Part shown: in pieces, positions 13,138 through 31,059 of the stretch
Layout of the letters: each line of letters starts with the position of its first letter
How positions within the stretch are numbered: position 1 is the stretch's first letter
Assembly: GCF_009914755.1 (NCBI RefSeq)
Contig: NC_060930.1
Reading direction: 5' to 3' (one strand)
Length of the DNA: 64,000 nt
From: the human T2T-CHM13v2.0 reference genome, Homo sapiens
Notes under the pieces: generated by a model
Seen by the model: only the letters and a program-made list of their open reading frames with translations
Databases searched by the model: none
Told to the model about the DNA's origin: nothing
Program-made: the position numbers and the translations under genes

Positions 13138-13974
13138 TGTGTTATATATATCACATGCATTAGGACATATTAGCAAATTGTAGTACCTCTAGGCAAGCAC
13201 TTAAATTGATGTTGTAAAAGAATATTTAATGGCATGGCATAATATATAGTTAAATGGGGGAAAAGATTACAAAAAACTATCAGTGAGATACTATTAATTA
13301 AATACATACATAATATAAAGTTAAGCCTGGTGGGGGAAAAAGAATGAGCATCAACTACTATTAATTCTTAATGGTATTATGGTCATTTGTATTTTCAACT
13401 TCTGGTTTCTGTTTTCTATGCTAAGTATGTATTACTATTTTAACAAAAATAACCAGAGTTGTTAATTTTTTTAACAAAAAAAATTATTTTGTTAGAATTC
13501 AAAGATTCACAGTCAGAAATGAGAAACTATAAAACAATATGCAGAGATTGTTTACTGTCAAATTCTTGCATTACCCAATTCATCTCTTAACATTGTGGAC
13601 AAATACAAAGAAACCTACCATACATTATACAGTAAAATTTGAGACCTGGAGTCAGACTAACTGGATTTCAATCCAAGCTCTGCCATTTACTAGAGCTTGT
13701 TACCTGGACATTCTCATTTTCTCGCTTACAATAAGGATAACAATAGATCCATTTCACAGGGTTCTTTGAGAATAAAATACATTTTGGGGTTTAGCACTGT
13801 GTTTACGATACTCATTCAACAAGTATTAACTGATATAATTATTTTAAAAATTTAAAGCACATTAAATCACCTGTATCGCTTCTTTCTAGAATGAGATCTT
13901 GATCTTGATCGAGAACTAGACTGTGATCTAGACTTTGACCTTGAAGAATGTGATCTAGAATTGGAGCGACCCAT
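1131..13974 (-). CDS. BCLAF1: BCLAF1 spliced CDS, exons 3-11 (codons 1-848; remaining C-terminal exons lie outside the window, below position 1)
   Basis: Exons 13871-13974, 11969-12880, 9946-10611, 9635-9804, 7184-7289, 6097-6181, 3539-3714, 2264-2441 and 1131-1277 all have AG/GT borders with compatible phases (2544 nt). Translation [17 protein letters not shown]...PKSKKYFL matches the BCLAF1 protein as I recall it. Confidence 0.98.
2264..2441 (-). CDS. BCLAF1: BCLAF1 exon 10 (178 nt; SKHKREQDH...PRGTF)
   Basis: Acceptor ttttgcag|T; donor TTT|gtaagt; inside ORF 2180..2644. Confidence 0.96.
3539..3714 (-). CDS. BCLAF1: BCLAF1 exon 9 (176 nt; [22 protein letters not shown]...YKDD)
   Basis: Acceptor ttatag|GGA; donor CAG|gtaatt; translated by hand; phase 0 in, phase 2 out. 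Confidence 0.96.
6097..6181 (-). CDS. BCLAF1: BCLAF1 exon 8 (85 nt; [12 protein letters not shown]...EENQK)
   Basis: Acceptor cattaag|G; donor AAG|gtatgt; inside ORF 6085..6288. Confidence 0.96.
7184..7289 (-). CDS. BCLAF1: BCLAF1 exon 7 (106 nt; [15 protein letters not shown]...SPEIH)
   Basis: Acceptor tcaacag|AG; donor CAG|gtatgt; translated by hand. Confidence 0.96.
9635..9804 (-). CDS. BCLAF1: BCLAF1 exon 6 (170 nt; [10 protein letters not shown]...LVHHVK)
   Basis: Acceptor ttccag|A; donor AAG|gtatgc; inside ORF 9603..9836. Confidence 0.97.
9946..10611 (-). CDS. BCLAF1: BCLAF1 exon 5 (666 nt; FTDEESRVF...PLDDSN), with an internal in-frame acceptor at 10092
   Basis: Acceptor ttcgcag|G; donor CAG|gtaatt; ORF 9942..10709. 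Confidence 0.97.
11640..11765 (-). mobile_element. Alu monomer fragment (FLAM/AluJ-like), BCLAF1 intron 4
   Basis: gagacagggtcttgctct...cccaggctggagtgcag...gcctcagcctcctgagtagctgg. Confidence 0.85.
11969..12880 (-). CDS. BCLAF1: BCLAF1 exon 4 (912 nt; RS domain, RG/GY-rich and Ser/Pro-rich regions)
   Basis: Acceptor tttttag|T at 12881-12882; donor AAG|gtaaaa; ORF 11965..12831. Confidence 0.98.
13099..13134. repeat. (AC)18 microsatellite, BCLAF1 intron 3
   Basis: Read directly. Confidence 0.97.
13640..13830 (+). mobile_element. MIR (similar degraded copies near 16170-16330, 20430-20660 and 59670-59860)
   Basis: ctggagtcagact..ggatttcaatccaagctctgccatttactag, the MIR core. Confidence 0.6.
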
Positions 13975-13984
13975 TTCTTTTCTC
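13871..13984 (-). CDS. BCLAF1: BCLAF1 exon 3 (10 nt UTR, ATG at 13974-13972; MGRSNSRS...KKRY)
   Basis: Acceptor gattag|GAGAAAAGAAATGG; donor CAG|gtgatt; RS dipeptide repeats. Confidence 0.96.
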
Positions 13985-16691
13985 CTAATCAAATGATAGG
14001 GCAAAAAAAGGTTAAAATTACAATATGATATTTAAAATTTTACATTATTACTTATTTTCAGATAAAATTTGATTTTTACAAGTTTCTCAAAGGCTATTAT
14101 TCACCATCCTTTTCAAATCAGTATTCAGAAGACAAGTCAATTATCCCTGACTAAAACTGTTTTCACCTGCATGACAGGTACTGTCGATTAAAGACACAAC
14201 TGAAGATTTTTACGGACTGCCCCACTTATGAGCCTCAATCCTAAAAGGCAGCAGCTGCAGAAGCCAGAAAAAGCAATGAGACTGCAGCAGCATGTTATGT
14301 GTTATTCCACGCCCAATACAAATGCCTACCCCTCCTGTAAGAAAGATAAATAATAAAGGTACTACAGATAAGGCAACTGAAATAAAATAAAGTGTCACAA
14401 TACTAACAAAAAATAAACCTACCAGGCTGTTATCATAGTGCTTTATGGCCTTGAAAATGAGACTGAACTGACCACTCCATATACACAATCCTGTCTGGAG
14501 TGGTACTAGATAGTATCCTAGAACAATACAGGACACTAAGTTTCTAAACAGCTGGAGCCATGGCTCTGCTCTCAGTACTCATGACTCCAGAATAAAGTGG
14601 ACTTATGTGACAATGCCTAGTTCACCCTGAAGCTTTCTGTTAAGAAGATTTAAAAAGAATAAAAGATAAAGAATTGGAGGGATTACTTCAAGAAAGATTT
14701 ATTAGAACTACAAGAAAAAAAAAACTTGGGCACCAGTAGTTTAACTTTTCTAAACACTACATGGTATCCAATGCTATAATTAGACCTCATTGGGTACAGA
14801 AATCAGTAACTGTCAAAACTAATTGATTTATAAGATCTACTAATTGAAAAAACATACACATATAGCAAATCACTGCATGCATATCCCAAATGTCACATTT
14901 TCAACTTTTCAATGATTAGATTATATCTTAGCCTCTCAAGCTTGTTTTTGCTGCATAGAACTATTTCCAAATTTACACTAACTTACTCAAAAAGTATTCA
15001 TTTCAATAAAAATCAACTTACTAAACTTCTAACACCTTGCAATTCCCATAATACTTAAATAGTATCTCCTACAACCAAGTATTTTTGAAGGCACTTTTTT
15101 ACCTACCTAGACTTTGTTCGGTATAATAAAATAGTATTTGGAGGTACTAAGATGAGTTCAGTTATAGAAGAAGTAATGGTAATACTTGGATAGTTCCTCA
15201 TCAAGCAATATAAATAACAAATTCAAGATGTTTGAGATAAATGCTTATTTCAAAATAAAACATAACTATCCTCTAATAGACTACCACCTTTGTCTTCTCT
15301 CACTCTTCTTCTCAATCCCAAGTAAGCAAGAAATACATAAAGACAGAAACAAAACATAGGTTCAGGGTTCAAAAAGGCAAAGTAAGAATTCCACAACACA
15401 TAAGAAATAAATTTAGCATTAACATAAGGAGATCTGACACCTTGTAGAACACAAATTTGGTTTAGCAACTGTAGTTTTGACAACATAATGAAATTGGCAA
15501 AAACCACATTTACAGCCTGTAAAGGAAGGAATCTTGGCCACGGGGAACTGTGACATTCTCTTGCATCTGATTTCAAAATTCTGTCCCTCCCAAAGTTTTT
15601 AAAAGAATATAAATACGTAATTTACATTCATTCTGATCGAATTTACTTCAAGATATTTATTTTTATCCCACTCTGAGATAATCAGACACACTATAAAAAG
15701 AAACCAGAGCTGCAAATGATTTTGGAGATCCAGTCCAGCAATAAGACAACATCCTTTTTCATTGTACTAATCAGTAAATAAAACACTATTTTACTAAGAG
15801 CTACAGATGCTGTGTTGTGCTGTATCTCCAGAATCTCTGTTCTTTGCTCTTGAGGCTTTTTGGATGGTAATTTCTGTTAAAGGATTCAGGAATTCTGTAG
15901 GCTTTTTCAGTCACCAGGATGTAGCTGGGCTTGTGGCACACGAGCACAACAGGTATTTAATAAATAACTATAAAATGAATGCATTCCCCAGAACCTGGAC
16001 ATTTTTTAAAGCAGCAAGTTCATTTTTAAAGGTTTGCGTTTTGCTTTAAGCTACACCTGAAACTTCAAAAACTAACGGAAAGAAAGCATGCCTATCAAAT
16101 AGTTAGCAGTCCAAAAGAAATGGATTGATATCTTCTGCTCTACTGCAAAAACAGGGAAAAAGCTAAGAACATGGTCTCTGCATTTAAACTACATGAATTC
16201 AAATTCCTTAAGCTCTCTGAGCCTGTTCCTCAACTGTAAAACGAAGAAAATAACAGTACCTACTTCACAGACTTGTAGTGGACTTAATGAGTTGATGAAC
16301 TTAATTCACTTAATACATCTAACACATTAGCAATCAATTTGAATTACCTAAACACTACAGTAGAGAGAAACAAGTTATGAATCTCCTCTTGTTTACATTA
16401 GGGAAATGGGTTAAGTAGCAGTCTTTCTATCTTGTATGTCCTGAGTCTTTTAGTAGATGTGTTTATAGAAATAGAAAAAGCAGGAGCACAACCTGGAAGA
16501 AGACAGAAAAAGAACCTTTTTCCTAAAACTAACTTAACATCTGACTTACTTCATACAAGCCACCAAAATAAACAAAAAACAAAGCTTCGGACCACATCAT
16601 TTTTAATCACTCCATCTGAATCATCAATTCAGTAGTGACATTTCCTCAAAAAAGTCAAAAGTGAAAACTAGAAAAATGAATGCTCTTTTAC

Positions 16692-16795
16692 CTTGGTTTT
16701 ATGCAGGATCAAGAAGTCAAGTGAAGTCTTTGAGATACTGTAAAAATTCTTCCTGGAGAGAATGCTCTGAGAAATTAAACTCTAAATTCGAATTC
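16692..16795 (-). other. BCLAF1: BCLAF1 non-coding exon 2 (5' UTR, 104 nt)
   Basis: Acceptor ttttttgtctttgctag|GAATTC; donor AAG|gtaaaa; agrees with my recollection of the BCLAF1 mRNA leader. Confidence 0.85.
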
Positions 16796-17120
16796 CTAGC
16801 AAAGACAAAAAAACCATTATTGTGATTTATGTTAAATTAAATAACCATTATTTACAATGCATATAATGGGCACTGCCATAAACTCTAATAAACGCACTTA
16901 CAATTTCAGGGAAGGAAAAACTAATTCAGGAAATAGGAAACTTTTAACCGTAAAAGCTTAAAATTCAACTTTTTTGTAAACCACAATGCAGTAGCGTATC
17001 ATGAAACTGACAGCATCTTTTTAACTACTTGAATTCTAATTTTAGTAATTTGAGCCTTAAAAAACATATGATATGTCGTTCCATCAGAAAATTCCAACGT
17101 AGCTAACATAATGCCATCTT

Positions 17121-17312
17121 GGTAGCGGGGCAAGGTAGCACAAGCCTGTAGTCCCAGCTACTTGGGAGGCTGATGCAGAAGGATCACTTGAGCCCAGGAG
17201 TTTGACACTGCAATGCACTGTGATCACACCTGTGACTAGCCTTGGCAACACACTCTAGCCTTGGCAACACAGCACGACCCCATCTCAAAAAAAAAAAAAA
17301 AAAAAAAAAAAA
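17121..17312 (+). mobile_element. FAM/FRAM-like Alu monomer with a long poly(A) tail and an internal 19-bp tandem duplication
   Basis: cctgtagtcccagctacttgggaggctga...cctgtgactagcc (7SL-type segment); A-tail 17287-17312. Confidence 0.8.
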
Positions 17313-18202
17313 GGTAATCTGTAGTTAATTTTCATAATGCTCTACTTTATAACATCTAAAATATGAGTTTAATGCTCTGCTACTTATTCTCTTTTGGTAC
17401 TTCCTTTCACACAATTTAGTTTCATGTGAAACTGATTTTTAAATCCACGTTAACAGCCATCATAGTAACTTTAAATTCTGTGCCTAAAAGCATCTTGATA
17501 CGTCTACATTCAAATAAAAGAACAGTCAGCAATGAAACTTTTATCTACTGAAAGTCAATATTCTTCCTAAAATAATTTATCATTAATCTGTAAATAAACT
17601 TTGCACAAAATATTCAAGTTACCAATACTGAAAAGTTTAGCTTTATGTATATTCACATCAAGTATGTGCAAAGGATAGTCAAAAGCACCAGGCGAACAGA
17701 AACTAAGGAATACAAGATTAATATACATCAGCACTCAAAGAATTCATGAACAAGTTTAAATGGAAATCTGTAACTCTTACCAAGATCCAATTTTAAAAAT
17801 AAAACGAGACTGGAAATACAAAGAAGAAATGGTAACATTAAACTGGTGAATCAAGAATAGCGTCTCCTAAAATATCCATGGCCCTCCAACTGGGGAGAGA
17901 TTTGAGGTTCAGCCTAGGAAGGAGGAATCGGAACCTATTAAGGGAAACACTAAAAAAGTAGCAAAGTCAAAAAGCCAAGCAAGATTGGGTACAAAAACAA
18001 AGGATTTCTAAAGGACATATAAGTTTAGTTTTTAAAATATCAAAACCCCAAGTGGCCAGAGAAAAAAATGGCAATCTTCTAAACTGGAGTACTGTCATAA
18101 AACTATTCTGACCTGGAAAGTCATTACTACTGATTCACTCCTAGAAGTGGTACAAGGCTCATTTTAGCTAACACTTCCCTAAACAATTCCAAAAGGCTAA
18201 TT

Positions 18203-18224
18203 TATATATATATATACATATATA

Positions 18225-18271
<47 letters not shown>
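18203..18271. repeat. Compound (TA)n(TG)n(TA)n microsatellite, intron 1
   Basis: Read directly. Confidence 0.95.
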
Positions 18272-18273
<2 letters not shown>

Positions 18274-19929
18274 AGAGAAGACCCAACTGCCAGATCTCTT
18301 TACTCCGTCATGGTATTTTGAAGTTCAAAGAAAATAAACACTAGATATAAAAAACTGACAGAACAGGGAATACAGGCTGTTAGACCAGTGGATATACATT
18401 CCTGTTCACAATCTATAAATATATTCAAGTATCCACACCAATAACTCAAATAATACACAAAATGTAACACACAATAAATAAGTCAGTATCAAAGACTGAT
18501 TAGTTCAACTAATTTTTAAAAAATGAAAGTCTATATACAAAGCACAATGCTAATTACTATAGGAAATGTATCTATGTAAGTGGTCCCTGCCTTCCAAAAA
18601 CCAAATCGAGAACAGTTATCAGCAACAAATCATAGTAAACTAAACATCTAAATACCAACCATGTGCCAAGAACTGTGCTAGGTGACTTAAAGTAAATAAA
18701 ATAATGTCATATTTGATCCTGATAATCTCATGAGCTACATATTAATCCCATCTTTCAAATACAGAGAACCCTAAACTTTCCAGATAACTTGAGATAAGTG
18801 CCTTACATGCCAGGCACTACTATTCTAACGTTGGGAATACAGCATTTTAAGTTAAGACTTAAGCTCCCTACTCTCTTGAAGCTTTCAGAGAGGGGAAGAC
18901 AGAAAACAAGGAAAAAATCAAATAGTGGCAAGTGCCACATTGGAGGGGGGGGAAAAGTACAAGTTAACATGCAGAGGAGGTGGGCAGGGGGACTACTTAC
19001 TTAGGTGGATCCTTGGGCCCTCTTTAAGGAGGTAACATTTGGGCCTAAAGACAGGGAACACTGCAAAGATTCACAGAGGGAAGACCATACTAGGCAGAGG
19101 ACACAAACTTAGCAAATTCAGGACAGAAAGACCAATAAGAAGGTTGAGACAACGTGATCAAGGAGTTGAGGGTATGAAATAGGGCAGCAGGAGGAGGAAT
19201 GGACCAGATGAAATAGCATCTAGTAGATCATCAAAAGGGATCAGGATTTTACTCGGTTGAGAAACCCTTGCAGGGTTTTTGCTTGGGTGAGTCACTCATC
19301 TGATTTACATTTTAAGATGGCTGCTATATAAAAAATAAACAGCAATGAAAAAAAGAGGCAAATCCAAGATGTGGTTTGTCAAAATGACTTGTTAATGGAT
19401 TGTTAGGGGTGTGAAGTACAGAGAGTGAGGAAAAATGAAAAATCACTAGTGCCCTTAAATTCTAGGTTTTAGATTCAAGCATCTGGGAGGACAAGTTTGG
19501 GGGAGAAAACAAAAGATGTGTTTGCCGTTTTTCGTGCCCACAGTCGGAGTGTAAATGGTTAATCCAAAATTTGACTGAAATCTCCTGACTCCAAATCCGG
19601 TGCTCTCTCTTCAATACCCTAAAAGGTGCTTGATGTTTCCAAAACCCAAATACAAAACTGAAAATGCCAAATTAATCTTCCCTTTATTACAACCAAGATC
19701 ATTTGTTAATAGATTCCCACTTGTATACAGAAATAAGGAATAAATTGCCATATGTATCTTTAGCCAATTGACAGACCAACCAATGAGGAACACAGGATAA
19801 AATAAAGCAGGTTTTATTTTTAAAAATAAGGTTCTTAAATATCTAAACAGAGCCTATCTTTCATGAAATAATACATAATGACCAGCTAGAACATAAGTGA
19901 TCAGAAACCAGCTAGAAAACAATTTATCA

Positions 19930-22460
<2,531 letters not shown>

Positions 22461-22989
22461 AGGGGCCACTTTTTCCCTCCCATCAAATTACCTATCCTGA
22501 ATTGGTCATGATCAAACAAAAATACAAAAGCCTTGTAGCAGTTTTTCCTACGTAAAGGTTATTTACTGCCTGAACAGTATCCTAACCATTCCAACTAAAG
22601 TCGAACTGAAATGAGAATTCACAAGAGGAACAAGAAATTTTGTTTTGCTTTGTAACACCAAAAAATTTAAAAGAGGCTGTTGCAGTGAGGTACAAGTCTG
22701 AAGTAGCTCATCTTTTTCGTCAGTGTTAGCCACACTTGCTTTCAACTTCAGTCTTAATTTGTTTCCAGTTCTAAAATGCTTTTTAAAAAAGTCTGAGGTA
22801 GCAAAGTAGCTGCTGGTACTTCAGCTTGATTCTGAAGAAATAAATCTTAAAAGCGAATCAAGCCAACTCATGAATTTAAAATGAAGGCAAAGTCCAATTC
22901 GCCACTCCCACCCATTTCTCACACCAGCTGTCCACCAATCGTGGCTGCAACATTTCTGACACGACTAAATGGGCTGAATCACTTGAAAA

Positions 22990-24760
22990 GACTCGGCTTC
23001 GCTAGTACTCATGAAGAACCGCACTTTCAGCCGGATGGGGCAGGGCCACGCTCAGAACCACCAGCTAAGACCCAATCCTCTCGCTAGGGAACCGTAACTA
23101 GGCAACCAGCACCAGTCAACAGCGCGCGCTCGCTTCAAAACAGCAGGTTGCCGCGGGTACCGAAATTAACTCCAGAGAACCAGGGTCAGCAGCGAGAGGC
23201 AGAACAGAGCACTAAAACCTAGTAGCATCACAAAAACGAGGCATTAACTGACGGGTGGTCTGAAGCCGGAGGGCAGTTTTAAAGACCACGCGAAAAGGGG
23301 TAGACCTACTCAACGCACTTTGCTGCGGGTCACAGTTATTTTCTCAAAACCCCACAGGCCACGAAGAAAGGTGGCAGTCCCAGCCAATGAGAGGCGGACA
23401 CAAGTTGCACCTCCAGCGGCCGTCGGCGCCATAGGCGGGGGAGAGAAAAATGAACGAGCGCGCGTGCGCGGAGCGTTCAGTCGGGCGCGCGCAGAGGTAC
23501 GGGCTGAAGAAATGGGGGAAGGGTGGAAGAGGAAGATATGCGCACGCGCACGGGAGGCCGCGCGGGCTGTGGGTCTCCAGGCAGGTTCGCAAACACGCGC
23601 GCGCCCGCCGTTAGCACTGCTCAGCGCCCCCGCCCGGCCTTTTCGGCCCGTAGTGCCTCGAAAACCTGAGAGAAGCTAACGAAAAAACGCATAAATAACG
23701 GCGCAACGTCTCCTTGGTTCTCCTTTCGCCGCCAACCCGACACCACCCACAAAAGAGTCAAAAATATGGCCTGTCCTCGGTCTTCACTGCCCCTGGAGTA
23801 ACTTGAATACATTGCGAGGCCTACCTGACACGCCGAATCGCGGTTCCGGGAATTTATCTCCGTTGCAACCACACAGCGGCCATTTCCCGACTCAAGAACG
23901 CGAGGAAAACCATAGAGCTACCTTCGACGCGCTAGCACGTCTCCGTCACTTCCGATCTGGGGCGTGGCCTCGGGTGCCGCTAAATATGCGGGCAAGCCCC
24001 GCCCACCCTTCCGCTCCGGTCCGGCTTCCTGGCTGCTATTAAGATGTTGCCTGCGGCCTTCTGGGAAGTCGCGTGGCTGGTCTCGCGGGAAGATGTGACG
24101 GCTCCGCCCTCTGGCCCGTAGCGTCAGCCTTGGCCGGAGAGGCGGTAGAGTAGGGTGGGTGTTTTGTCAGGCCTGAGTTAGCTTCGCCATACGGCGCTTT
24201 TCGCTGGTGTCTCTGCCTCGTTCTGAGTAGACCCCCTAGACCTCACCGCCGCCCCTGCGTTTTACCTCAGTAAGCTCGTCTGGTCTGTTCTTTCTGTGGG
24301 GCCGGCTCAGACCAGGCAAAAAACAAAAAGACAATCCCACACTGAGGAAAAGACCAGGAGGCAAGACGTGGCTGTAATTGCAGACACGCTGCTCCCTCAG
24401 CCAGCAAGCGCCACTTTTCCTCTTGGACGCCTAACTGGAGATTAGAAAATGTGGCTTTTGGTTTGCTATTAAATTCGGCAGACGCACTTAGTTGAAAAAT
24501 GGCCACGATCTAAATCCCTTTCGTGGCGTCTGATCAAATCGGAGCTCAAGCCGCAGCAGCCGGAAACCTCTTAGGCTGCTCGTGCCAAAGAAGGCCGCCC
24601 TTCTGGCGGCGTGATGACAGCTTTACCACATCGGCAACGTTGGCATAGGCATGAAAAAATAAAGAGCACGAAGCAGTTGAGCTTTCAGCCTGTGACGATG
24701 ATTTGTGGCAGCCGAGGAACACAGCCCAACGTAGCTTGGTTGTCCAGAATTATAAGTCAG
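22990..24760. promoter_or_regulatory. CpG island / TATA-less housekeeping promoter of BCLAF1
   Basis: Sharp rise in GC and CpG against AT-rich flanks. Motifs: GC boxes (23959-23968, 23996-24004), ETS-CRE half-site CGGAAGTGACG (23944-23954, minus), YY1 AAATGGCCGC (23876-23885, minus), TCTCGCGGGA (24081-24090), NRF1-like TGCGCACGCGCA (23539-23550), CCAAT box (23382-23390). Confidence 0.92.
23825..23958 (-). other. BCLAF1: BCLAF1 non-coding exon 1 (5' UTR; TSS approximate)
   Basis: Donor CAG|gtaggc at 23823-23824 inside the CpG island; ETS and YY1 motifs at the expected start region; leader sequence recalled. Confidence 0.85.
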
Positions 24761-25819
24761 ATTATAAATAGGCAAGCCACATTCGATTTGAATAGAATTT
24801 AAATAACAGCCGTAGCACATTTTGCATTAATACTTCTCCGGGCTGCACTTTCTTAGGGCCTAAAACCGCTATTGCTTTGATGTTTAGAGATGTTAACTAC
24901 CTTGATGGATTTCAGACTTGTAATTAGCAACCAGGGTGTCAGTGAGTGAATCGAAACTAGGATTGGGCCCTGGTTGTGAATTTAACACTGTGCTTAGAGC
25001 ATTCTTTCTTCACAGTCCAGTTTACCAGCTGAACTAGAAAAACGACAACATTTTCATGGAGTGAATCGTAGGTTTTTTATTGTACAGTCTGTCCCTCACC
25101 CCATTACCACCTCAGGATGTGGACACAGAAATCCTTGGCCTTTTTGTTGTGCCCTGATGTCCCAAGCATTCGCAGGTTCTCAGAAATATTTGTTGAGTGA
25201 ATGAACTATATTTAAAAAAAAAACAACTAAGGGCTCAATACACGTCTGCTATTCTGCATGTATTGGGAGTCGGGGCGCTCCCAATACATGCTGTTATTCA
25301 TTTATTCAAAATACCCCAAATTGCAGGCTAGGATATTATCTTCGACCTCCCTCTGCAATTCTATTGCACATGTGTTGAAAATGAAGTATCTATTTGAGGC
25401 AATATAACTGATTATGATTTTATTTACATAACATGAGGTAGTAACAAAGGAGATCCTTTGGAACAAAGCCTTTAGTAAGTGGAAGTTATACAGACTTCCC
25501 TTGAAATAGATCCATTTGATACGTGATGCTTTCCCAATCTACAAAGTAGGAGGTTCTTGAATTTAGATGTTTTATGCACATTCTTATTTTCAAAACCTGA
25601 AATTCCACCATTACAGATTCATTCTTTGTAATAAATTTTTTTCCTATTAAAATACAAACGCCGAAAAGAGCAGAGGAAAAAAGAGCCCATTTAACAAATG
25701 AGCATTGCAGAAAAATAGAACATTATCTCAAGAAGAAATACAAGTTGTAAACAAATGACCAAACTGCTAAAAAGGTACAAAGAGAATGCTGAGATAAATT
25801 AGTAAGCTGATTTTAATTT

Positions 25820-28078
<2,259 letters not shown>

Positions 28079-28823
28079 ATATCAAAATGTGACTGTTAAC
28101 TATTGTTTCTAAGTTCTATCAAGATTAATGCGCATCTTTCTCAGAAAGATGGAAAAAACAAATAGAACATTAAATTCTTTCAAAGTTTTCATAAGAAATC
28201 TTTGCCCAGAAATTATGCCAGCTTGCTGTTTAATGTAACTATTGAAGAACAAAGAGGGAACCCCCCCTAAAATGGGGCAACAGAATCATGATGGGATTCA
28301 TACCCAGAAATCATTTCTTCCTTAGGAGAGGTTATAAGAGTTACAGAACAACTCCTTCTTTTAAAGCAGTTATCCAGTTGCCAACAAATATCTCTGTTTG
28401 CCCCCTGAAAAGTCTGAAAGCTCAGTTCTACCCAGACAATTTATCTCACAGAAGGCTAAAATCACCTAAGCAAAGGGCTGCAACCAATGATGATATTTAA
28501 AAGTAGTGAAATACAGAGCATAGAGTATTGCAGGTAGGAGTGAGATAGGCTGAAATTTCAGCCTCATTGCTTATTTTAAAAGAACTAAGAATTAAGCCTG
28601 GCCTGGAGAGGGAGTCACCGTTGATATTGACAAGCCCTAATGCCGGTTTTCTTAAAGTGTAAAACAGAAGCCAACTCATGAGAATAACCTAGGTTGTTTA
28701 AGAGAACTGAGTCTCATTACACATTTATTGAGGCAGAATCTGTGGGGGTAAGGATACACACTAAAGTTTTAGAACCACTGATTTATTGAAGACCTGTCAT
28801 ATTCTAGATATTACAGACCAGAC

Positions 28824-29310
28824 CAAGGGTCTCCAACTCCCAGACCAGTCCACACAGAAGGAGGTGAACATCAGTCCAGCGAAGCTTCATGTATATTTAC
28901 AGCCACTCCCCATCACTTGCATTACCATCTGAGCTCTTCCTCCTGTCACATCAGTGGTGGCCTTAGACTCATAGGAGCGTGAACCCTATTGTGAACTGCG
29001 AGTGCAAGGGATCTAGGTTGCAGGCTGCTTGTGAGAATCTAAGGTCTGATGATCTGTCACTGTCTCCCATCATGCCAACATGTGATCATCTAGTTGCAGG
29101 AAAACAAGCTCAGGGCTCCCATTGATTCTACATTATGGTGAGTTGTATAATTATTTCATTATATATTACAACATAATAATAGTAGAAATAAAATGCACAA
29201 TAAATGTAATGCACTTAAATCATCCTAAAACCATCCTACCGCCCTCAGTCTATGAAAAAATTGTCTTCCACAAAACCGGTCCCTGGTTCCAAAAAGGTTG
29301 GAGACCACTG
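28824..29310 (+). mobile_element. MER1A-like hAT-Charlie MITE
   Basis: TIR-like ends caagggtctccaac...gttggagaccactg; 8-bp TSD ttacagac (28811-28818 and 29311-29318, with an extra cagac on the left). Confidence 0.85.
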
Positions 29311-29699
29311 TTACAGACTACAAAGCAGTATGAGACATCGTTGCTGCTTCTCTGTTGTAACTCAAAATCCAGCAGAGAGAGGGTGTAACTCTCACATCAG
29401 ATCTACATGGGAGCAAGTGCCTATGGTGAAAGAGGGAAAGAACTAGCATTTTAAAAATGAGTGGGATTTCACCCGTCATTTATTCATTTGTTTATTTAGT
29501 CAGCAAATATGCCTGAAGCATGTGCCATTTGTAGGTACTGAGCCAGGTGCTCAGGATGGAGCAGTGATGAAGCCTAACGCTGACACTGCTCCCAGGTAGA
29601 CTGCCTCTCTGTGAGGGAGACAGAACACACGTAAGCAGACACAAATTGTACTATCAATCAGGACGTGATAGAAAATCAAAGAAGGAGACCTTATTTATC

Positions 29700-31059
<1,360 letters not shown>

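Noticed and set aside
23320-23872. ORFs in the CpG island (119, 82 and 83 aa)
   Set aside because: GC-rich DNA is depleted of stops; no recognisable protein.
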